A DNA stretch of 64,000 nucleotides, taken from Flavobacteriales bacterium (lineage in GTDB: Bacteria > Bacteroidota > Bacteroidia > Flavobacteriales_F > PHOS-HE28). Every line of letters starts with the position of its first letter. The first letter of the stretch is position 1. The notes under the pieces are model-generated. The model ran no database searches. It saw only the letters and a program-made list of their open reading frames with translations, and had not been told where the DNA came from. The stretch lies in NCBI GenBank assembly GCA_019912395.1, contig JAIOIH010000014.1:16800-80799 (forward strand), in the 5' to 3' direction. Shown in pieces: positions 32,301-42,367 of the stretch. A program made the translations under genes and the position numbers.

Positions 32301-35300
32301 GTTCGTCCGGCGCAATGTGCCGGACGCGGATTGAAACCGCCATGTCCTCAGACAGCCACCGCCGGTACTCGTTCGTCCGGCGCAATGTGCCGGACGCGGA
32401 TTGAAACCGGGAGGGACAGGCCCACCAACGGCTCGACGACGTTCGTCCGGCGCAATGTGCCGGACGCGGATTGAAACACGCGGCCGTGGATGCCCTGCAT
32501 GAAGCTGCGCAGTTCGTCCGGCGCAATGTGCCGGACGCGGATTGAAACATGGCACGCGACCTGTGGGACCGCGCGCACGGCAAGGTTCGTCCGGCGCAAT
32601 GTGCCGGACGCGGATTGAAACGAGTCGTTGATGCGCTCCATCACCTCCATCACCTGTTCGTCCGGCGCAATGTGCCGGACGCGGATTGAAACTACGACAT
32701 TCCATACCGTACCGTGAGGCCGGGGAAGTTCGTCCGGCGCAATGTGCCGGACGCGGATTGAAACTGGTATACCCTGCCAAATGGTACCGGCGGTTCGCGT
32801 TCGTCCGGCGCAATGTGCCGGACGCGGATTGAAACCCTGTGATGATGCCCTTGACATTTTCAAGCATGGGTTCGTCCGGCGCAATGTGCCGGACGCGGAT
32901 TGAAACGGATTGTGGTTGGCTTTGTACGCAGCCGCGACCGTTCGTCCGGCGCAATGTGCCGGACGCGGATTGAAACTGGAGCCTGCCTATCAATTCTTCC
33001 ACCTCTGCGCGTTCGTCCGGCGCAATGTGCCGGACGCGGATTGAAACTCATTTGCGATCGGCGAAAAGCACGGCCCCACCGAGTTCGTCCGGCGCAATGT
33101 GCCGGACGCGGATTGAAACGTATTGTGGTCTGTTGCGTCATTAACGCCGTATCCGTTCGTCCGGCGCAATGTGCCGGACGCGGATTGAAACCACTCCGTA
33201 CAGATCCATGTACATCCCGGGAAAACGTTCGTCCGGCGCAATGTGCCGGACGCGGATTGAAACACCATGCTTTTGCGCAGATTGTCCTCGCGTTGCATGT
33301 TCGTCCGGCGCAATGTGCCGGACGCGGATTGAAACATGAGCAGGGGATCGAATTGCACATTCGCAACATCGTTCGTCCGGCGCAATGTGCCGGACGCGGA
33401 TTGAAACAACGTCGGTTGGTCGTCGAACGGCACGAAAGCCGTTCGTCCGGCGCAATGTGCCGGACGCGGATTGAAACCTTGTCCACCCTGCAAAAAGAGC
33501 TCTATTGCCGTGGTTCGTCCGGCGCAATGTGCCGGACGCGGATTGAAACATTAGTTGCGCCTCCACCGCCGCCGCCTGGTCGGGTTCGTCCGGCGCAATG
33601 TGCCGGACGCGGATTGAAACATGATCAAACGAACGTCCGCATCGTTCAGGGCGACGGTTCGTCCGGCGCAATGTGCCGGACGCGGATTGAAACATCTGTT
33701 CGCTAATCTCACCGTGCCGAATTATGGTTCGTCCGGCGCAATGTGCCGGACGCGGATTGAAACTGTTGTGCAACGGCCTGAGGATCCAGAACGGAGGTTC
33801 GTCCGGCGCAATGTGCCGGACGCGGATTGAAACGCACTTGCCGTAGTACTTGGCTTGGCCGGTGCGCTCGTTCGTCCGGCGCAATGTGCCGGACGCGGAT
33901 TGAAACCAAAGACAACGCGGCCCGATGTTATCCATCGGGCGTTCGTCCGGCGCAATGTGCCGGACGCGGATTGAAACATGTCCAGGCCCTCCATGTAGCC
34001 GACGGTGTTCGTTCGTCCGGCGCAATGTGCCGGACGCGGATTGAAACCTGTCCGGGCATGGCGGCGAATCGCAAGGATACCGTTCGTCCGGCGCAATGTG
34101 CCGGACGCGGATTGAAACACACGTATGACAATCCGGAGGCCGCACCACTGGGTGTTCGTCCGGCGCAATGTGCCGGACGCGGATTGAAACTCCAAGGCAT
34201 CCACCACGGGCGCGGGTGCCTCCGGTTCGTCCGGCGCAATGTGCCGGACGCGGATTGAAACGGCCCTTCCAGGCGCATCCCTGCGGTCCTGGTCGTTCGT
34301 CCGGCGCAATGTGCCGGACGCGGATTGAAACGGGCATCCGGCCAAGATGCACGGGCGGATAAGGTGTTCGTCCGGCGCAATGTGCCGGACGCGGATTGAA
34401 ACTAATCCTATTTGCCCCTCGTGCCCATAGTCCCGCAGGTTCGTCCGGCGCAATGTGCCGGACGCGGATTGAAACCCCTACGTTGCTGGGCGGCAAACAG
34501 GCGACCGTGGGTTCGTCCGGCGCAATGTGCCGGACGCGGATTGAAACTCGATGTTACAGGGGTTACACAAGTGACCGACCTGTTCGTCCGGCGCAATGTG
34601 CCGGACGCGGATTGAAACACACATGAGCAGGAAAGGACGGTGAACCAATGGCGTTCGTCCGGCGCAATGTGCCGGACGCGGATTGAAACACCTTGCGCCT
34701 TGTTCGCAGCTGCGGCGAGCAGAGTTCGTCCGGCGCAATGTGCCGGACGCGGATTGAAACACGTAGCCGCCCTCGTGCTTCAGCACCATCGGCAGTTCGT
34801 CCGGCGCAATGTGCCGGACGCGGATTGAAACTGAAAGAGGGAGGTGAGGTATACGCGATTAAGTACCGTTCGTCCGGCGCAATGTGCCGGACGCGGATTG
34901 AAACACCGCACTTTCCCATGCTTCCCTTTCCAAATCGTGTTCGTCCGGCGCAATGTGCCGGACGCGGATTGAAACATCTGTTCGCTAATCTCACCGTGCC
35001 GAATTATGGTTCGTCCGGCGCAATGTGCCGGACGCGGATTGAAACAGCAACAAGGTGATCCACGGGCCTGCGGTGATCGTTCGTCCGGCGCAATGTGCCG
35101 GACGCGGATTGAAACAGGAGCTTGGCCTCCTCCAAGATGGCGGAGTCCAGGTTCGTCCGGCGCAATGTGCCGGACGCGGATTGAAACTCCATGAACCATA
35201 CGGCACCGGGGCAGGCCGCAGTTCGTCCGGCGCAATGTGCCGGACGCGGATTTAAACCCCTTGGAAGGTGGCGGAGAGTTATTCACCGGTGTTTGTCCGG

Positions 35301-37096
35301 CGCAATGTGCCGGACGCGGATTGAAACATGCCCAAGCGCGTGCAAGCGCTGCACCTCGTCGTTCGTCCGGCGCAATGTGCCGGACGCGGATTGAAACTCC
35401 ACGAAGCGCTCGCTCATGTCGGTGATCTGCTGTTCGTCCGGCGCAATGTGCCGGACGCGGATTGAAACTACGCATACCCCGCCATCCCATGAGCCAGCTC
35501 GGAGTTCGTCCGGCGCAATGTGCCGGACGCGGATTGAAACGCAGGACCCCTGGCATACATATGCCGGAGGATTGTTCGTCCGGCGCAATGTGCCGGACGC
35601 GGATTGAAACAAATTAGGGAGTCACCACCTCACCGGCAGGAAATGTTCGTCCGGCGCAATGTGCCGGACGCGGATTGAAACCGCGCACCGGCGCGAACAA
35701 TTCGACCTGCGGCAGTGTTCGTCCGGCGCAATGTGCCGGACGCGGATTGAAACGAGGAGGCTTGGAGGGATTGTCCGCGTGGGGATTGTTCGTCCGGCGC
35801 AATGTGCCGGACGCGGATTGAAACACACTCAGAACCGCAGGGCAGCACGTAAGCGGAAGTTCGTCCGGCGCAATGTGCCGGACGCGGATTGAAACTAAAA
35901 CTTCGGCGCGGATCGCTTTCCAGTCCTTGTTCGTCCGGCGCAATGTGCCGGACGCGGATTGAAACAAAGCCACGGCCCCGGCGAAGCGGGCAAGCAAACG
36001 TTCGTCCGGCGCAATGTGCCGGACGCGGATTGAAACGGTGCGCAACGCAGGGGCATCGTGAAGGAAGACCAGTTCGTCCGGCGCAATGTGCCGGACGCGG
36101 ATTGAAACTCGTAGGTCGTCGCTACTTGCTGCCCTGTTCACGTTCGTCCGGCGCAATGTGCCGGACGCGGATTGAAACGGGGTGCCAGGCATTAACGCCA
36201 GCACCTACAAGAGTTCGTCCGGCGCAATGTGCCGGACGCGGATTGAAACTTTGGCCTTGTATTGACAAGGACAAGAAGCACGCGGTTCGTCCGGCGCAAT
36301 GTGCCGGACGCGGATTGAAACGAGTCGTGCAGCGCGATCCTTGCACGCATCGTAGTTCGTCCGGCGCAATGTGCCGGACGCGGATTGAAACTTTTCAACG
36401 TGGCCATGTTCACAAGTTAAAAGCGTTCGTCCGGCGCAATGTGCCGGACGCGGATTGAAACCCGGCACGATCATCGGTGCAACGCCTGACGGATGTTCGT
36501 CCGGCGCAATGTGCCGGACGCGGATTGAAACAATGTCCCCGTCAAGGACACCGACGGCATACCAGTTCGTCCGGCGCAATGTGCCGGACGCGGATTGAAA
36601 CATGCAGTACGCTGGCCTTACGGAGATCACTCCTGGTTCGTCCGGCGCAATGTGCCGGACGCGGATTGAAACAGGATCGCCGAAAGCATGAAGGCCGTCT
36701 TACCAGTTCGTCCGGCGCAATGTGCCGGACGCGGATTGAAACGGAAGAAGTGGAGCAGTATGTGCGCGGCTGCATGGTTCGTCCGGCGCAATGTGCCGGA
36801 CGCGGATTGAAACCACAGAAACGTTGCCATCACTTACGTTTTAGAAGGTTCGTCCGGCGCAATGTGCCGGACGCGGATTGAAACGTGTCATTGTTGCTGT
36901 TCCTTACCTCAAGTCCAGTTCGTCCGGCGCAATGTGCCGGACGCGGATTGAAACAACATCTTGGCCACGGGCAAGCGCAGGAAGGCCGGTTCGTCCGGCG
37001 CAATGTGCCGGACGCGGATTGAAACATGATCGCATCCACGTCCTGCCTGTCCTTGGTGAGTTCGTCCGGCGCAATGTGCCGGACGCGGATTGAAAC
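29374..37096 (+). CRISPR. Type I-C CRISPR array, about 109 repeats and 108 spacers (manual count)
   Basis: 37-bp repeat GTTCGTCCGGCGCAATGTGCCGGACGCGGATTGAAAC with a CGTCCGGC/GCCGGACG stem and ATTGAAAC 3' end; spacers 33-36 bp. Confidence 0.99.
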
Positions 37097-37360
37097 ATTG
37101 GCATCCCACAGGCTTACGCCTTTGTGGTTCCATCCCGCGATCGGGTACCAACACTCCAGCGCTGGCTGTTTGCCCAGTGCCCGGCACTCCATCCGCCTCA
37201 GGCGGTTTCGAACATATCATTCCAAGAGTTCCTCACGATGTAGATCGATCATGGCCGGAGGCCGGAGCTGATGGGACATAGGGCAAACAGTCGTACTCCG
37301 GGATGAGTGCAGAACTGTAGGACCGAGGGTCTAAGAACCAAGTGCCGAGCTCTCCTGAAG

Positions 37361-37547
37361 GGCCGAACACACCAAGAGGCCTTGAGTGCCGCGTGTGCCG
37401 GAGGTCCAGCTCAGCCACAAGCCTTGAGCCACAAGCCACAAGCTTGACTGAATGCTCCTGCCCCCGGGAAGCCTGATGGCCGAATGCACCAAGAGGCCTG
37501 GAATGCCGCGTGTACCGGAGGTCGCTCATGGCCATAAGCCCTTAGCC
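37361..37547. repeat. Imperfect direct repeat pair of about 70 bp with AGCCACA heptamers
   Basis: GGCCGAAnnCACCAAGAGGCCTnGAnTGCCGCGTGTnCCGGAGGTC at 37361 and 37478. Confidence 0.7.
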
Positions 37548-37717
37548 TGCCCCCGGGTCGGAGCCCGTGGCCGGAACCACCTCCCGAAAAAATACCTGTT
37601 TGTGGGTATTGCGGGATCCGCAGGCCGCGTGGATTTTTGACTTATGGGCACGTGCAATGGACCGTATCCGGCCCGGGAGGCCGGGCCGCTGAACGAACGT
37701 CGGCCATCCGCTTGCCG

Positions 37718-38368
37718 ATGCATCCCGTAGTCCCCATCTCCCTGGTGATCGTGCATGCCAGCGAGGCGATGCGCTTGGGGCTGCGGGTGGGCATGGAGCG
37801 GGAGGGGGTGACGAAGGTGGTACTGGAGCTGGCGGAGCCGGGGAAGCTGGCGGCGGTATGGCCGGATGAGGGCGTGCAGGTGGTGCTGCTTTTTCTGAAC
37901 ACGGCGATCAGCGTGGCCCTGGACGCGGTGCGCTGGGTGCGCAGCCGCTCGCCGGGTACGGCGGTGCTGGTAATGGGTGAGCTGACGCCGGTCATGGCCC
38001 ATCGGGCGGTGGAGGCGCAGGCGAACGGCCTGCTGCATGCCGATGCCCCCTTTGCGGAGATCCTGCGCGGGGTGACCGTGTTGTCCCAAGGCGGCCTGTT
38101 CTTCAACGGCTCCTACCGGGAGCACCTACTGGAGCGGAAGAAGAAAGGGACGGCACGGGACCAGGAGGTGAAGCTCACCGACATGCAGCTGAAGGTGCTG
38201 CGCCAGCTTTGCCGGCCGGAAGGCCTTACCCGGCCACGGATCGCCGAGGAGCTCGGCATCGGGAAGCGCACCGTGGACGACCATATCGAGGCGCTGTTCG
38301 ATAAGTTCAACGTGCGCTCCACGCGGGCGCTGGTGCAACGGGCCATGAAGCGCGGCCTGCACCGTTGA
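37718..38368 (+). CDS. LuxR/NarL-type regulator with degenerate receiver domain
   Basis: C-terminal HTH LTDMQLKVLRQLC..EGLTRPRIAEELGIGKRTVDDHIEALFDKFNV; receiver-like N-terminus lacks the acidic pair, phospho-Asp and Lys (VIVH, VLLFL, LLHAD). Confidence 0.85.
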   Translation: MHPVVPISLVIVHASEAMRLGLRVGMEREGVTKVVLELAEPGKLAAVWPDEGVQVVLLFLNTAISVALDAVRWVRSRSPGTAVLVMGELTPVMAHRAVEAQANGLLHADAPFAEILRGVTVLSQGGLFFNGSYREHLLERKKKGTARDQEVKLTDMQLKVLRQLCRPEGLTRPRIAEELGIGKRTVDDHIEALFDKFNVRSTRALVQRAMKRGLHR

Positions 38369-38448
38369 AAGGGAGGGCCGGGTCCCCGGTCGGGATCCCG
38401 CCAAGGTCCGCGGGATCGGAGGCCGCCGCTTACTCCTTTGCCGCAGGG

Positions 38449-38889
38449 GATGTATCGATACCTGCACCGGAGGACATGCTACCTGCACGGCAGGTATCGA
38501 TACGTGCACAACAGGACACGATACCTGCACGACAGGTATCGATACGTGCACAACAGGACATGCTACCTGCACGGCAGGTATCGATACGTGCATAACACGA
38601 CACGATACCTGCACGACAGGTATCGATACGTGCATAACACGACACGATACCTGCACGACAGGTATCGATACGTGCACAACAGGACACGATACCTGCACGG
38701 CAGGTATCGATACGTGCACAACAGGACACGATACCTGCACGTCAGGTATCGATACGTGCACCGCAGGACATGATACCTGCACCCCAGGTATCGATACGTG
38801 CATAACAGGACACGATACCTGCACGGCAAGACATGATACCGGCCATGCAGTTCACGCTTCCTGACGTGCAGGTCCAGGTTCCGCCACGT
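38449..38889. repeat. Alternating 21-bp A/B tandem array (42-bp higher-order period)
   Basis: A=CAGGTATCGATACGTGCAYAA, B=CAGGACAYGATACCTGCACGN; 9 AB pairs (38449-38826) plus 3 degenerate units. Confidence 0.95.
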
Positions 38890-39083
38890 TCGGTCGGCAG
38901 ATTTCCGGCCGGCCACAGCCGCTCGCGGAAACCCTTGCCGGTAGCGGGTTTCAGGCGTTCCATCCCCGTGGAAATACGGGGTGCGCTCCCCCGTACATCG
39001 CGCAGGATCCGGGAACCAGCGGGCCGGGACCTTCGCTTAACGGTCCATAACCATTAGCCTGGGCACGGCTACAAAGGCCCAAA

Positions 39084-39719
39084 ATGATGTTGAAGTCCTA
39101 TTACATGGTGTCACTGGGCCTGGCCCGGATCACCGCCGCAGCGTTGCTGGTGAAAGCCCGCAACATGGTGACCAAGTTGACCGGCAACTTGGCCTACCCC
39201 ACCCCTACGCCGGCATTGGTTGATGTGACCGCAGCGTGCGATTCGCTCGAGGTGGCCATCAGCGCCCACCAGTTGAACCCGGGACCGGGGGAGCTGATCG
39301 ATCGCGAGGTTGCGTTCGAGAAGCTGAAGTCCCTGGTAACGGACCTGGGGGGTTATGTACAATCGGCCAGCAATGGCAACCTGGAGCTGATCAAGAGCGC
39401 CGGTTGCGTGGTGCGCCGATCACCCTCTCCTGTAGGTCAGATGCCCAAGCCTCGGGACCTGGTCGCGGAGAACAGCTTGTTGCGCGGTCGCATCGAGGTC
39501 CGCTGGCGCGGGGTGCGCGGTCGCAGCATGTATGAGCTGGAGATCTGCCTGGGCGATCCGAACGTCGAGGCGAACTGGACCGTGCTGGCGCTCACCAGCA
39601 AGAACCGGTACACCGCCGACGACCTGCAGAGCGATGGCGTGTACTTCTTCCGGGTAAAGGCGCTCGGCCCCGCCGGAGCGGGACCGCTGAGCGATTCCGC
39701 CCACGCCAAGGCGGCCTAG
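39084..39719 (+). CDS. Cytoplasmic protein with helical N-terminus and C-terminal fibronectin type III domain
   Basis: LTGNLAYPTPTPALVDV helical region; PRDL...IEVRW...Y...YTADDLQSDGVYFFRVKALGPAGAGPLSD FN3 signature; no signal peptide. Confidence 0.85.
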   Translation: MMLKSYYMVSLGLARITAAALLVKARNMVTKLTGNLAYPTPTPALVDVTAACDSLEVAISAHQLNPGPGELIDREVAFEKLKSLVTDLGGYVQSASNGNLELIKSAGCVVRRSPSPVGQMPKPRDLVAENSLLRGRIEVRWRGVRGRSMYELEICLGDPNVEANWTVLALTSKNRYTADDLQSDGVYFFRVKALGPAGAGPLSDSAHAKAA

Positions 39720-39858
39720 GGCGAACGCCCCGGGATGCGATGCCCGGAACGGACCTGTCCTTCGCTTGATGCCCTGCCCCGCCACCGTCCCGATACCTAT
39801 CGGAAGGTGTGCGGGGACGGGGCATTGAGAGAAGATCAACCAAAAAAAACGAACGCAA

Positions 39859-40311
39859 ATGAAGAACGCAGAACGGAAAACGGAACGGATCGCCCACTTC
39901 AGTACGGATTATGCCCACATGAGCCCGGCCGCACGGGCCCGCCTGGAGGAGGACCTGATGCGGCTCTACTTCACCCCGCACTACCAGTGCATGCCCTTCG
40001 ATCCCACGGAGCTGGTGGCGTTGGTGAAGGAGCAATGCCCGGACCAGCCTGAGCTTGCCGAGGCCTTCGCGCGCTGCACGGAGCAATGGCGCAAGAACAA
40101 CCTCTACACCCACTTCATGGACCCGCAAGCGAAGGACCGCAGCCGCTACGCCTACGGCTTCTTCCTGGAATGCCCCCGCCAAGGCTTGCTGGTGGTGGAC
40201 GTGGCCGAGAGCGGCGCCATCCAAGGGATCGAGCACATGAAGAACGTGATGCGCGGGGAAGAGCACGATATACCACTGCCACCGGCGATGCGGATCGTAC
40301 ACTGGAAGTAG
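39859..40311 (+). CDS. Hypothetical protein (150 aa)
   Basis: Protein-like ORF with A-rich upstream region and a downstream terminator. Confidence 0.7.
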   Translation: MKNAERKTERIAHFSTDYAHMSPAARARLEEDLMRLYFTPHYQCMPFDPTELVALVKEQCPDQPELAEAFARCTEQWRKNNLYTHFMDPQAKDRSRYAYGFFLECPRQGLLVVDVAESGAIQGIEHMKNVMRGEEHDIPLPPAMRIVHWK

Positions 40312-40355
40312 GAGCGGCCGGCACCACACCACATGCATCCTTCTTCAACGCACTG

Positions 40356-40379
40356 GCCCCCGGGAAACCGGGGGCTTTT
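40356..40379 (+). terminator. Rho-independent terminator
   Basis: GCCCCCGG-GAAA-CCGGGGGC followed by TTTT. Confidence 0.75.
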
Positions 40380-40391
40380 GCGTTGGGGACG

Positions 40392-40626
40392 GGGCTACGG
40401 GTCGCACGGAGCCCCTTCAGCGCACGTCATTGCGAGGGCGTTGGGGCGCACGGCACTCCTTCCGCGCACGCCATTGCGAGGTGTTCGGGGTGCGCGACAG
40501 CGCATATCGAACACCGAAGCAATCCCAGGCGGACCGCACGGATCAGCCAAGATCATGCACACGGCGCTTCGGCAGCCCGCCCCCTTCGTGTTGCGGGCTT
40601 TCCCGCGATGACGTGCGTTGTGGCGC
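40392..40626. repeat. RPE/REP-like palindromic repeat cluster
   Basis: (GT)CATTGCGAGG...CGAAGCAATCCC plus its complement-type GCTTCGG...CGCGATGAC; near-identical modules at 48311-48546. Confidence 0.8.
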
Positions 40627-40712
40627 TTTCGGCCTTCGGCGTATTCAGGCTCTTCGGCGCATTTCGGCTCAGGCGGCTTCAGGCCTTTTGGTTTGTTCAG
40701 GCCCTCATCCCG

Positions 40713-41150
40713 GCGCTCGGGTGTTTCCCGAGTGCTGGCTACTCCATCCGCCCCCGGCGGCCTCTGGCGCTTAGGCCAGGGTGGCCTTCGGCCTTGGCGG
40801 CTTCACGCTGATCGGCCCGTCGGCCCCGTCATTGTAGAGGCTCTTGGCCGGAAATTTCCCACTTCGTGATCGGCTCTGCTTAGAGCGCTGGAAACCGCCG
40901 GAGGCGCACCGGCGTGCCGGTACTCGGCAGACCATTGGGATCACGGGGAAGGCCGAGCGCCGGAATGGGATCGGCTCTGCTTAGAGCGCCGGAAACCGCC
41001 GGAGGCGGACCGGCGTGCCGGTACTCGGCAGACCATTGGGATCACGGGCAAGGCGTGCGCCCGATGAAAAGCAATAACCGGGAGGCGGCCGGAGGCCGAT
41101 CAGAAGCGGGCACATGCCTTCGGTATACGGGCTCGCGAAACACGCGAGCG
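40713..41150. mobile_element. MITE/REPIN-like element, copy 1 (with internal duplication of about 100 bp)
   Basis: Terminal inverted repeats GCGCTCGGGTGTTTCCCGAG / CTCGCGAAACACGCGAGCGC (18/20); direct-orientation copy at about 43941-44283. Confidence 0.65.
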
Positions 41151-41201
41151 CAAGTATGAGCGCTACAAGTTCGTTGAGGTTCGTGGCGAAAAAAAGGCAC
41201 C

Positions 41202-41232
41202 AGCGTGGTCCGATATGCATCGGACGCTTGCG
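41202..41232 (-). repeat. 31-bp hairpin element downstream of the restriction endonuclease gene
   Basis: Exact reverse complement of 44889-44919; internal hairpin GTCCGAT...ATCGGAC. Confidence 0.7.
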
Positions 41233-41269
41233 CAAGTATTGGGAATTAGCCCCCGCTAAGCGGTCCAAA

Positions 41270-42367
41270 CTATGGCGTGGTCTGCCGCACCACCATCACA
41301 TCGGAAACCGTCGTGTAACGAGCGCCCTGCCAGTCGAATTCGATACGCCTTCCGGGTTGAGCGCCGTAGCCATCGAGGTGCTTGTGGATCCTTGATCCCA
41401 TAAGCGGCTTGGCGCGCTTCAGCTTCCACGAATCGAAGTAGTTGCGCTGGTCCACGAGCACAAGGAACAACCGGTTGGATGCATCGAAGCGCCGCTCACC
41501 TTGGTTCTCATAAAGCCAGCGGATCAGTTCTTCCGGGTCCGCTTCGATCCCTTCAACCAGCGAATTGCGATAGGCTCGCAGGTCCGTGATCAGTTGGCGG
41601 CAATCGTCGGCCGGATGGTCCGCGACCTTGTTCCAGAGGTCTTGCAGCAACGCGGCGGCTGGCAAGTCAGTGCTGATGGGGATCGAGTGCGTACGAGCAG
41701 CACGCTTCAATAGCGTTGCTTCCGGGCGAAGCTTTGCGGCCTTTCTCTTGGCGGCGAGATAACCTTCCGGCAGGTAGGTGACCTTGAGGTCGAACGGCAC
41801 ATCCTTCACGAAGAAGTCGATCTTCTTCACGAGGCCTACTGCCGGGAGCACGTTCGGATGATCCTTGAAGATGTCTTCGATGATGATCGATGTCCAATGG
41901 TTGTACCACGAGCAGATCACATAGCCGCGCATGCTCACCAGCAGTTCATTCTCCACCGATCTGCATAGCGATTCATAATCGGTGATGCGCTTGATGTAGT
42001 TGTCCACGATGGTCTTCTCCAGGTTGTTCTGGTACAGCCCACCCCAGTTGAACTCCTGCACGCGATAGAGCTGGTTGAGCAGGTCCGCCTCGTTCGCTTT
42101 CCGCGTGTTCCGGTCCTCCGCATAGATGCGCCGGATGACCGCCTCAACTTCGTCCGGGGAAATGTTCGCCTTGAACGCGGCCTCGAACAACTGCCTTGCT
42201 CCAACATCCGGTCTTGCGCCTTTTGTTTCATCGAACAGCCGTTCAAGGTGTTCCCTCCTGCTCAATGAACGCAGTTTCAAGAACTGTAAGCCACCCGCAT
42301 CAGCAGCCAATTCGTTGAGGCGATTATCGCGGAAGAGCGCATCCGCTTGTGCGAAAGTCAAGGACAT
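41270..42367 (-). CDS. Putative type II restriction endonuclease (PD-(D/E)xK)
   Basis: IEDIF...KIDFFVKDVPFDLKVT catalytic-type motif; ATG 42367 (MSLTFAQ) overlaps the methyltransferase stop. Confidence 0.7.
   Translation of the reverse strand: MSLTFAQADALFRDNRLNELAADAGGLQFLKLRSLSRREHLERLFDETKGARPDVGARQLFEAAFKANISPDEVEAVIRRIYAEDRNTRKANEADLLNQLYRVQEFNWGGLYQNNLEKTIVDNYIKRITDYESLCRSVENELLVSMRGYVICSWYNHWTSIIIEDIFKDHPNVLPAVGLVKKIDFFVKDVPFDLKVTYLPEGYLAAKRKAAKLRPEATLLKRAARTHSIPISTDLPAAALLQDLWNKVADHPADDCRQLITDLRAYRNSLVEGIEADPEELIRWLYENQGERRFDASNRLFLVLVDQRNYFDSWKLKRAKPLMGSRIHKHLDGYGAQPGRRIEFDWQGARYTTVSDVMVVRQTTP

Noticed and set aside
29374-37096. Self-targeting spacers within the window
   Set aside because: No convincing full-length match seen by eye; an alignment search is needed to exclude it.
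29206-37281. Many ORFs with FQSASGTLRRTN / VSIRVRHIAPDE / SSGAMCRTRIET repeats
   Set aside because: These are translations of the CRISPR repeats, not proteins.
38449-38889. Possible second or mini CRISPR array
   Set aside because: The units are contiguous with no unique spacers; reported as a tandem array instead.
40333-41395. Small ORFs in the repeat regions (also 21144-21601, 44113-44367, 48282-48666)
   Set aside because: They share peptides only because they translate the same non-coding repeat modules.
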